This document shows positions 52,911 through 64,000 of a stretch of 64,000 nucleotides of DNA, piece by piece (the stretch's first letter is position 1; every line of letters begins with the position of its first letter). The notes under the pieces are model-generated. The model was not told where the DNA came from. It made no database searches and saw only the letters and a list, made by a program, of their open reading frames with translations. A program made the position numbers and the translations under genes. The stretch is taken from the NCBI RefSeq assembly GCF_036321535.1, contig NC_087436.1, positions 10,292,001-10,356,000 of the forward strand, written 5' to 3'. Source of the stretch: Camelus dromedarius (taxonomy: Eukaryota).

Positions 52911-55900
52911 TGTATTACATCAGGTCTTACCACTCTTCTGCTCAAAGCCATTTATTGCCTTCCCATTGTTCTTAGAATAAAATTTAAAGTTCCTACTACA
53001 AGTTAAAAGGTTCTACACAATCTGGCCCCTGCAACTCCACTGTAACTCCATCTGGTCTCCCTCATGGTCCTGCATATGTCAGACATGCCCCTGATCAGGA
53101 GTGCTTCCTATTCCCTCAACTGCACACATCTTCCTGACGAATCCTCACAAATGCTTTCTCACTTGAATTCTCTAATCAAATGCCACCTCCTCATGGAAGT
53201 CTTCCCAGATCGCACCATTTACAGGAGCCCCCACACACTCATCAATTCTCCCTCTTGATCCCATCACTCCTAACTCATTTAATATCCCTGGTTATTAAAA
53301 GCAGCTGGGATTACATTAAATAACTTTATTTATTTATTGTCCAGTTTCCCCATTAGAATGGGCTGCTATGTCAATGGAGAAACCTGCATGTTTTGTGGTG
53401 TGTTACAACGCCACCACTTGGAAGAATGGCTAAAATATTACGCCCTCAGTAGAGACACACTGATGCAGTTACCCAGACGATGCTAACCCCCTCTCTGTTT
53501 GCTGTCACACTGGAATAGCCTTTGTCACTTCTTTAATATTTTCCGTCTTTTATTTTGGTTATTCTTGTGATATGCTGCAGTGGTATATGTGTTAGGATTA
53601 GAATCTTAAAAGTATATATATATATAGATACTGCTCCCCACCTGACTTTCCCCAGAGTGCAGAGAATCATGCTAAAATGGGTAGTGATCTGCAAAATATT
53701 TTGGATGTAATGAAGCCTAAGGAACATAGGGCAAAAAGCATAAGCCATTTTAAAGAAACTAAGAGCTGTGAAAAATCAATAGTAAATGACACTAAGTTAC
53801 CACGTCTAAGAAATATAATAAAAAATTCCAAAGCACTCAACTAGAATGCTTTTATTCTATTACAGTCAACAAATAGTTCTTGTGCATGTATGAGCAAGAA
53901 AATGCTTTTCATTATGAATAAAGTCATGCGTAAGATATAATTTACTTCGTTCATACCTGTTTAACCCTACGTCCTTAGTTTTCCCTCTTGGGACACACAA
54001 GTGAAAGGCTAATAAATTTATGATGGGCTGAACATATTCTGTTGCATAAGACATAAAAATAAACCATACCTTGTGCGTGTGAAAGGAGGGAGACGAGTCT
54101 AGGGCTGTGTCTAAACAGCTGTGAACCCCAACCTCGCAGGTCAGGCGTCCCGGTGCTCTGGTGCGCATGCGTTAAGGAAGACACAGCAGAGGTATGTGCT
54201 CATCTGAGATCTGCAAGCTGGTCTACCTTGCAGACCTTCTTAAACAAAGCGGTTCAGTTCTGACTCTCGGTGCTTCAGAAAAGGCTGGAGGAGATCTGTT
54301 TTCACATTGGCCTTCATAAGTAGGGCCAACAGAGAAATGCCAAAGACATATTTTACTCGATTTCATGCCCTTGAAGCAAACGTGAGTCTTCGTAGTTGAA
54401 TGCAAGAAGTTTGCACCTCTACTTGACAGAACAAAGCCGGGTGCTATGGGCATGGGGCTTTGTTTTACTCCTGGCTTATCAGATCCCAAAAGATATTTAG
54501 CATCACGGAGTTTTTGCACATTTTAGAGGAATATTTTCATCATCTTTATTGCCTTTTAGGTAATTTGACACAAGAGAGTATGTATTTTTATGTAACAAAA
54601 GCTTCTTCAAATTGAGAAGTAATGTGCTATTAGCCACCTGGTACATTCATATTAGATACCAAAACATGCCCCAAATGTCTTCATGTCCCTGATAAAGGGC
54701 TACTTTTCTTATTCAAAGTAGCATTTTAAAGAGTGCTTTATGACAGGTGATTAACATCTCTCGAACTGCAGTTCTTACAAATGCAAAGCATAACAGAATT
54801 TTATTCTTCTGTTCAGGATTTGGCCTGAGAAAAATACTTCACCACCATAAACACAAAACCACAGCTGGATAAATGGCAAAAAAAAAAAAAACAACTCGTG
54901 AAACTTCAAAAACTGAAAGCACATTTCAAATTACAAATTGCTTCAAGTGTCAAAAATATTCCTAATTCTCAGGCACATTAACTGAACTCTGCCTCCTTCC
55001 TAACTTCTAGTTTTAAGTATCAGTTGCCGCTGAAAATCCACGGATGAAAAAGAGGAAAAGAAATCTGTCAAATTATTTTTTAGGTTAGTAATATTTGCCT
55101 TACGGAAGAAAACATTAGTCTATTCTAAAAATCAAACACATTATATATTATATATATATTATATATTTTCCACAAAATAGAATTTAATAGTATTTTTGAT
55201 TTTCATTTCTTGTCTCTCAAACAAGTTTACACGTGGAAGAAATATTTGTTCATATCTCAACTTACAACCCTTTCCAACACATTGAACGGTAAATAGATTT
55301 TGTATTTTTCCTCCATGTGATGCATTACAAAGGTCCTTCATAGACTGGACACTGAATCAGGCACTACCCACTGACATATAAGGATGATTAGATAAATCAG
55401 AAAAGGACACAGTAGACCAGTTCATTGGTCGGGTGATTATTCACACATTATGGAGGCTGATCGTTACAGATGAGAAAATTCCGTAGGATGAAAAGGACAT
55501 GCCTGCTCTCTGCTCTTATGCCAGGCAGAAGGACAAAACTGTCCGTGTGCTAGGAGTGATTTCAAAGTCCACCACGTCTTTAGCAAAAAAACAAGAAATT
55601 GAAATGTCAAAACTCAAACCCACCTACTCCCCAACTCTGTCTTTTTAAAAGCGTTTAAGAACACTGTTTAGTATTTAACAACTAACATAGTGTAAGAGGT
55701 AATCATAGAAAATTCACTAATGTGACATTCAGAATAAATTCTCAAGAGGAAAGTTCTCAGTTATTTAAAATTCTTTTATGGGATAATATTTCAAGATAAT
55801 TTTTGCTTCACACTTTCATGTTTAAGACTGAAGTACATTTTCTTGAAACTATGGTAGCGATCATCACTTTGGGACTTGACAAAAATCTTGTCTTGTGGTG

Positions 55901-58344
55901 AAAAACCTATTTTTCTCATTACACATCTTCTGATGGAGTCTAATTCCTTCTAATATGGCACTCCACTCACAGATCAGAATGCCTGAGTGATGGTAAAAGA
56001 AATAATCAATTGTGATTCGTCTTCTCTGGTTGCAAACTTTTTGCCACTTGCTACCATGTAAATCTCCTGATTTATTACAGGCAGGCTGCATGATTGACTT
56101 AACCTTGACTCACAGTCATTTAAAGTAAGAGACGTATTGACAACTACACACCAGCCTCGCGAGCTCAGCTTTAGCCCCTGATGAAGACGGATGGTGTTGT
56201 AAAAACCACCTAACTGTGCCCACTATCCACCCCTTCCCGCCAGGTTAGCGTGCTCCCACCAGTCGCCTGCATTGCAGGGCGCACGTGTTGGTGTTGTCCA
56301 CTGTCACACAGTTTGGTCCAGGACAGGTCCTGTTTCACGGATGCAGGAGGAAGATGTAAGACTTGTGGATCAGAGACCGGGATGGTTTATGACTTGGAGG
56401 GACAGCAGTAGGCAGAGTACCAGCGTCTGTGCTGTCTGTCGATGGCCGATTCACACGGGCAAAGGGGAAGGAGCCACACGAAGTCCGCCCTCAGCAGGAT
56501 GTGTAACAGGACGTGTGTGCTTGGAGAACCCGAATTAATTTCAGTGGCCAGAAAGCATGTCTGCTCTGTGCTGTAGAGAGAGACACTATCACCCTCGTCC
56601 AAGGTGCTTCCTATACCACATCTTGGAAAGCGGTATGAACATGGACAGACAGGGCTTCCTCTAGCAAGATGTACAGAAATGCAAGAGGCTCATGGAGACT
56701 TGTGTTCCAACCTGAATTCAACTAAATAGAATGCATCTCTATTGTCTCCACGGACTAGGTAAAGAGTGGGATGAAAAAAAACTCTAAAGCAGGTAGTTCA
56801 CAAAAAGCTATGCCTCTTGTTACTCCAGAGCTACCAGAAGGCACATGGCAGAGAAATGGAGATTCCATCTCATCTGCTGCAAAGAGGAGCCCCTTCCATT
56901 TCTAGTAAATAGCACTCGTCTAGCTCCCACTTAGACCTTGCCCTTTGTGAACGCTCTTCTCTATTTTTTTGTCTAGGTTACCCTTTTATCCACTACTCTT
57001 CATAGGGCAGAGGGCGTGATGTAAAACACACGGCCTGTGGGTCAGAAGACTGTATTCTAAACTCAATTTTACGTACCAGTTCTGTGACCTTGGTTGGTCA
57101 TTCAGAATTGCTGAGTCTCGGTTTTCTTCTATGTAAAATGAGGAGTCAGATTTCCAGCTCTGTTCTGTTACCCCAATTACTCTTTTACTTGTGGTTTCAT
57201 GGTTTAATTGCTCAGGATTGTTACTGATGTGTGTGCGTGTGTGCATGAGGGAGTAGAGAATTAAGGAGGGAGGGAGAGATTAATTTGCCTTTAATGCCAC
57301 CCTTAATTTGCTCCCTAAGAAAAACCCAAATCTTCATTCGTTTATTGACTCATTATGATGCAGCGTATTATGAATAAACTGTTCAGTAGAAAGTTTTCAA
57401 AAAGGGTCTATTCTGGCTAGTCACTGTGCGTAATACGTTAACCCTGATCATTTTGATTCATCTTCACAAGACCCCTCACAGGTGGCTATACCTCCTGTCA
57501 CCTCTAGGAGGCGCAATAAGGACTTGCACTGAAGGCAGAGGCATAGCCTCGGATCCTGAATCTGCCTCTTTGTTCCAGTGATGTTAGATAAGTTAAATCT
57601 TTGTTTTCTCATGAAAACATCTGAAAAATAATCTACGTTATGAAGCTGTTCCAAAGATTATGAATTGTTTCATAACGAATGACTGTGAATTATGAATGAT
57701 TACAAAGCCGACGTACAATATTTTGTTCTTTCCAGGTGTACTACAAAGTAAGTTGACATTTGCACACATTATAAAACCATCACCACGATAAGTCTGGGAA
57801 CCATCCGTCCCTGTGGGTTTAAGAAATGTTTCCTGTAAACTACCCTAGTACATATTTGATATAAAATAAATGTAACTTTTTTTTTTAACCTCCCATTAAA
57901 AAATTAGGAAACCTAACATCAGGGTGTTTTGTGACTTGCCCAAGATCACACAGCTGGTTTCCCTCCGAGGTCACAGATGTTTCCTGAAGGAAGTCAGTCT
58001 CACGAGAGGTCTCGCCTTTAATAGTGGGGATCAGGAATGAGGTACGTTCACTCCTGCTTTAAGCTTCTCTCAAAGCTCTAGCCAACACAGGGCACACCAG
58101 GGATTCTGGGCTGATATATTAGACCATTAGGTCCACTTACGTTAAAATGTTTTTTTTAATAATGATCAAATATACAAAACATAATATTTACCATTCTAAC
58201 CACTTCTGAGTGTACAATTCACTGGCATTAAGCACCATCACAATGTTGTATAATCCTATTTATTTTTATCTCATCCTGTCAAGTTTCTATTTTTATATAT
58301 GCTTATAATCTATGTAATAAATCAATACAGTAGTATATGCACTT

Positions 58345-58490
58345 TTTAAAAATGGTTTTTTAAAAAAATTCAGGGGGTGGGGTAATTAGGTTTATTTCTT
58401 TCTTTATTTTTTTTGCTGGATGTACTGGGGATTGAACCCAGGACCTTGTGCATGCTAAGCACGTGCCATACACTGAGCTGTACCCTCCCT
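58345..58490 (-). mobile_element. Camelid tRNA-derived SINE (Vic-1-like)
   Basis: gtaattaggttt...gtactggggattgaacccaggacc...ctgagctgtaccctccc, with TSD-like atgcactttt on both sides. Confidence 0.88.
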
Positions 58491-59235
58491 CGAGTAGATG
58501 CACTTTTGAATTGTTTTTAAAAATCTAGGCATGATGAGGGTGTGCTTACAAAGTTTTTTTGATGGGTGCATGACCCCAAGTTATGGAGACCGTGACTGGG
58601 GCAAGGCTCTCGGTGGTCCTCTACCAAACCCGCCCGCCGAGCTGTGCTTCACCACGGTGCTCTTTCCTCTCATTCCTCGTCCTCAGGCTCGCTGGGAGCA
58701 CTGAACACAGCCAAACAAACATGATCGTCAACCGACCAGCCCTAGAGGGGATTCACTTCCTACATCTGGAGGATTAAGAACCATCGCCTCACCAGAAAAG
58801 GCTGGACCGGAGCAAACACGTGGCAACTTCAGCTGCCATTCAACGGCACCAGCTCCTGCCTTCCACGCGAAGAATTTCATCCTTTCAGATGGAATAAGAA
58901 GAGAAAGGAAAGCAAGGAGAATCGGTGTGCTAATTACAACTCCTCTTAGGCGCTGTGCAGCTCCCTAAACGGCTCACTCGCATGTTCCCATTCCATCCTC
59001 AGAACTTGTATTTTAAAAACGAGTCCAGTGAAGTCAAGGAGGTGGAATAACCTGCTGCTCTCCACACAACTGCTGAGAGCTGAAGGAGGGACAGGAACAG
59101 TTGCACCATTTTCCTGCCTGGATCCCAGTTATCTCCCCTTTCCCTACCAGCTGTGTCGGGGCAGATGCTTGAGGAAGTCCTGGGGCCCAGACGGCTGGTC
59201 AGAGCCTGATCGGCTCCGTGGGGAGTAGGCAGTAG

Positions 59236-59420
59236 CCAGTGATTCTTAAACTTCACGCAGAATCAGAATCCTCCAGAAATGCTCATTAAAGGTACAAATG
59301 CTGTGGATTGTAACACTTCACATTTTGAATCCACAGAGCCAAGGTGCTACTTAGGAATCTGGGTTTTAAAACATACCCCAGGTGATTTTGTTAGGAGTCA
59401 GCTGCGAACTGACTTTTAGA
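59236..59420. mobile_element. MER5-like hAT-Charlie DNA transposon
   Basis: cagtgattcttaaactt...atcagaatcctc...aggaatctgggttttaaaacataccccaggtgattt. Confidence 0.7.
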
Positions 59421-61568
59421 TAAAGAACCCAGGGAGGGGGTTCCATGCCTTTTTAAAGCAGATCAATGTTTCTGCATATTGGCTGCAACTAGATTCTTCA
59501 AATGATTGAAACTAGAAACTTGGCATTTGAAGAAACAAACTGTTTTCTGGATTTTAACATAGCACTTGATGAACTTCTTAGGTGAGGCTAATATAGGGAA
59601 AGTATATATCCACATAAATTAACCATCTCTAGACTGGTGAGGTAACAGAAATTCACATCTTTTGTATTCCTATTATATATATTGTTTAGTAGTATAAATT
59701 AAGTTAGTAGCTCAGAATCAGTCCTCAAATAATTAGCCCATAATTAGTCTAAACAGAGTGTCACTGGACTCCCGCGCCCCAGTGGACTGAATCATTTAGT
59801 TATTGATTCTAGTGACTTTCTCTAGGCTTTAGTGGAAGTCTAAATGTAGGAATGAGGGCTGGGGTGGGAGTAGGGGTTCCTCTGAGGGAAACTGATGAAG
59901 GACTGGGCTTTGTCTCAGGGTAGAGAAGAACCCTCTTGGTGTTAAGGAGAGTGTTGGGACTTGGAGCCTGAGATGAGAGAACAGGGTCAAAGGGAATTCC
60001 AATTAGTGCAACAGACATCAGCCCTTGAAAACAAGGCAGTTGGCTGGGAGCAATGGCCTCACCTCTGGGAACATTTATGGCCAGCAGGATCTAGGAAAAG
60101 TATGTAATTTTCTGTGTCAAGTTATATTTCTCTTTCCTTCCCTGATAACGCCAATTACCAAGCTCTCAGTAATAAATGCAATAGGCCACTGTTTGCTCGG
60201 CTTTGTGGAAGTAAGAGAGGGACGCACTGCTGCCTCTGTTGTGTGTAGACCAAGGAGAACTTCAGTCTGATCTCCGGTCACCGTGCTCCACCTCCTCACT
60301 CATCACCCTCCTGATGTTTCCAGGAACATCTCTGGGACTGCTAATGTAGGTATTCACTCCCTGGGGATCCCTTATGAGAAGTTCTCATTTTCTCCATTAT
60401 TCCCAGGGGACAATTGCACTGTACGCACAGAAATAGATGCGAATAGTTTGGATCGGATAGCTTAGCTAGAAAAAATTCAGAACTAATAAAGTCAAGGACA
60501 GAAGATTGTTCTCTATGGTAAGCAACTGACTTAGAGCAATAATTTTCCGAAGGCAGTGATGAAAGCGGCACCTGGGCCGATGACCCCTGTCATGACGGGG
60601 ACCACGTGCAAGGGGGAGGGTGTGTCATGTGTCTGTCCCCAGACTCATTAGTCCAAGTAACACACTAATGCCTCTGGGTGCCTCTAACGGGCCTACGCGG
60701 GGGAAAAAGAACGAAGGGCAGGAAAAGGAGGAGGAGAAAGCGAGGAAGAGGACCACGTGTGTGTTGGCGGATTGCAAAAACTGTAATTTACAAGACATGC
60801 GGGATGGTGACCATCTCAACAGAGAGTCCTTTGGAATTCCTCAGCGCTGATTTCATTATGATGATCTGTTTTTACTTAGAACAGAGCAGAGAAACCACTC
60901 AGAGTTCATATCCAGATGAGGCTACGGGGATAGGGACATATTCACTTACAGGCCAGCATGGTCGTAGGTCCAGCTCCAGTGAAAAAGCTCTTTCTGACGG
61001 GTATGGGCTCTGAGCAGTAGTCACAGAAGGGAAGTTACACGTGTGAGCCAAAGATAAGGTTATCCGTGTGCGTGCCTGATCACATACAGGTTGTTGATGA
61101 AGGACAGCGACAGGATTAGAATCCAGCATTTAGATCATCAGTGTGCAGAGTCAGAAGCTCTGAGTCAACCCCCTGGCCTGCATGGGATGGCCTGAGCTGT
61201 TCCCGGAAGAGGACGAGGCCCTCGCTGCCCTTAAAAATGCCTTGTTTACATATCTCTGGTTCATCTGTTTTCAGCAGTGCTTCCCTTAATAAGAACTCAG
61301 CGTGAGGACCAGACCCAGCGTGGTCTGGACTTTCATTTGGCTTTGTTCTGCAGCTCTTCCTCTTTCACAGAAGCATGTGCGCTCCTGACACACACACACC
61401 AGGTCAGTTGAATATATATGACTTAAGGAGACATTACATCAAAGTTATTCTGGTCCTTTAACCCAAAGAAGAAACATCCTGTAAGAAATAACCATGTTGT
61501 TAGGCTCACTTCTTGCCAGTTTAAGTGTAGTTTTGAAGCGCATGTTTATGAACAGCTTACTTGCTCTT

Positions 61569-61692
61569 TTTTGGGGGGTGGGGAGGTAATTAGGTTTACT
61601 TATTTATTATTATTATTATTTTTTAAATGGAGGTACTGGGGATCGAACCCATGCTAAGCATATGTTCTACCACTGAGTGATACCTCCCCCCA
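61569..61692 (-). mobile_element. Camelid tRNA-derived SINE (Vic-1-like) with a small internal deletion
   Basis: ggaggtactggggatcgaacccatgctaagc lacks the aggacctcgtgc segment seen in the other copies. TSD-like ttacttgctctt / ttacctgctctt. Confidence 0.85.
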
Positions 61693-63414
61693 CCCATTAC
61701 CTGCTCTTAATTGTGGGAAAACAAAGCATTTAAACAACTCCCTTGACTCCCACCTTAAAAGGACTGCCGGGAGAAGAGGACAGAGGTGGAGGACAGTCTT
61801 GAATCTGGAAGGAAGCCATGTCAGAAATGGACTCTGGAATGTCTCCTAACACTATGCACTCAGTAGAGGTTCAAAACAAAGACGATAGAATGATCTGATA
61901 CGACACTGCTGTTACTCTTTCCCCTGGCTCGCACGTGCTGGCCTCAGATGAGCAGATGAGGTGTGCTGAGCAGAACTTCCAAGCATCTCAAGACTGCTCT
62001 CAGACTAAGCCAGATGAACAGGGACAGGCAGATAAGACGGTATATGGAAGAGCTGTAGCTCTCACCTCTTTGGCTGACTGATGGTAAAGTTAATGTATAT
62101 AGAAGTTAGACACCAACTACCACTCCTAATTTGCTACTTCATTTAAATAGAATAAATCACAATAGCAAACAATAGAAAAATGATACACCATTCTCCACAG
62201 AGTAGTGCTAAACAATTTGCTGGAATTGGTAATCTCTCTTAGATTTAAAAAAAAATTATAACCAATAAATGAAGACCCTGAACTTGGCGCTGAAGTATGC
62301 GTTCTGTATCACAACTCAGACTGCCAGTTGTGTGACAATACACTGTGATGATATCTGCAGCTCTGGCTGACTGTATATAATCAGTCACCTTAGTTTTAGG
62401 GAGCAGTACTTCAAATAGAATTGTTCCCTAAATTATTAACTTAAATTAAAACCTGACCCCTATTTTCAAATCAATTTCTATTTCTTGAGCAGGTGCTGGA
62501 GCCATTTTCAAAGGGACTGTACTTACCTCATTCTCAGGGAGCACTGGCTGATTGCATTATTATGTGACTATTTTGTTAATACAAGGGGACTCCAGGGACC
62601 CACTGGATGACTTTTACAGAATTTTATGTGCATTACCAAACCAAGGTAAATTTTCCTATATTACAACAGGAAATAGACATCTTATTTTTATCTTATTCTG
62701 TTCAGGGTGATGCTTTGCATATTTCAGGTGCAGAGTTACAATAAACGCCCACGCATCCTAAGAATGACATGGGGAAATTGCATGTTATTCATTTGATTTC
62801 AGTGGGCTTTCTATAGCATTTTCTCAGGTTCCTGTCTAGGAAAAGATCAACACCATGTGTCAAAGTGAACTTGTATTGTCGAGTCAGTTAGAATTTACAG
62901 TTACTTAAGCTGTCTGATCATCAGTTGCCTTATCTGTAAAATGGAAAGAAAAATACCTAATCTGTCAGCAAATATTGTGTGAGGGTCAAATTAATATAAA
63001 TGTGCCTAGACAAATACCTGGCAAATAAGGAATTTATACTTATAGACCATTCCCCGCCTTGATTGTGTATTATTTACATTACAGTTGAAAGAACAGAGCC
63101 AAGTCATGAATTGGCCCATTATACTTTTTGCCCTAAAGTAAGATGTTACTATCCTTTTATGTATGTGTATGTATACTGCCTCATTTCACAGAGGATTGAG
63201 ATAATTTATAAAAATATAAAAAAGACAATAAAATTGAAAATAAAATTCAGCTGGCAAATATATTGATAGACTAAAAGTATAAAATTGGAGAGAAAGATAA
63301 TATACAAATTATGAAAAATACACCCTAAGTTCCTATATTTTTTTTTCCCACTAAATAAGGCTGAAAATTTGGCTCTGAGCTCCCAAGGGACCAAAGCAAA
63401 AAGAAAAACAAAAC

Positions 63415-64000
63415 TGAGACAGGATGGAAGTGGGCAGGGCATAGCCATTCAAGGAATGACAGCAATTAACATCAAAATGTTACTCCCATTTGGCCTTGAG
63501 GATTAAGATGGCAGGAGGTTTGACTTCTAGTAGACCTTGAGCTTCATTGTATGCTCATTGCAACATATTAGCATGGTAAATAACATGCCCACAGGTGCCA
63601 TGACAGTCCCAAGGCTAACCGCAAAAGGCCAAAGAATGAATGGGCAGTGGCCCAATTCCTGGGACTTCCTGCCCCTTTCCCAGAGCAGTTGGAATGGTCC
63701 CACCTGTAGGTGTGTGAAGCTACCGAGCCCATAAAAAGTGGCAACATCACACCTCACAGCCCTTTTCTCACTCCCTCATCTTCAGAGACGGCCCACACTC
63801 TGTCTATGGAGTGTGTACCTTTACTTTAACCTGAGCACCCAGTTCCCACACCTCTTTCATTGCCTTTCTCTTGCCTTACACCCTACGCAGTATGTATCTC
63901 TCTAAATAAATCTACCTTCACTCAACTGTGGCTCGCACTTAAATTCTTTCCTGTGCAAAACCAAGGACGCACACTTGGCGGGGCATGTCCCAGGGGCTCA
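63415..64000 (+). mobile_element. ERV1-like LTR running off the window end
   Basis: Starts TGAGACAGG; TATA-like CATAAAAA at ~63730; AATAAA at ~63905 followed by U5-like aattctttcctgtgcaaaaccaaggac. Confidence 0.8.

Noticed and set aside
60620..60850. ORF containing MPLGASNG...KKNEGQEKEEEK, superficially like an alternative MARCH1/8 N-terminus
   Set aside because: It is on the plus strand, opposite to the gene, and the similarity is only compositional.

Overview
Mammalian genomic DNA, almost certainly camelid (alpaca/llama/camel). This rests on several tRNA-derived SINEs of the camelid Vic-1 type and on seeing no Alu or Bov-tA/BovB. The window is intronic sequence of MARCHF1 (MARCH1, a membrane RING-CH E3 ubiquitin ligase) on the minus strand. 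The only recognisable coding sequence is a 51-nt phase-0/0 exon at 32786-32836 encoding NDKSPGRSASRSSNISK, which is too short to appear in the ORF track. The rest is L1, L2, MIR, SINE, ERV/MaLR LTR and MER DNA-transposon sequence plus a few repeat-free blocks. The best candidate for something undescribed is an intragenic CpG island at ~21.85-22.45 kb followed by a strong minus-strand donor (CAG|GTAAGA at 21756/21755) in phase 0 after an ATG. It could be an alternative MARCHF1 promoter and first exon (MGSSDAGGQ-). Also notable are a 122-bp orphan retrocopy with poly(A) signal, tail and 13-bp TSD, two 5'-inverted (twin-primed) L1 insertions, and a flank-like insert inside an L1. All family assignments come from recalled consensus sequences; no database search was run.
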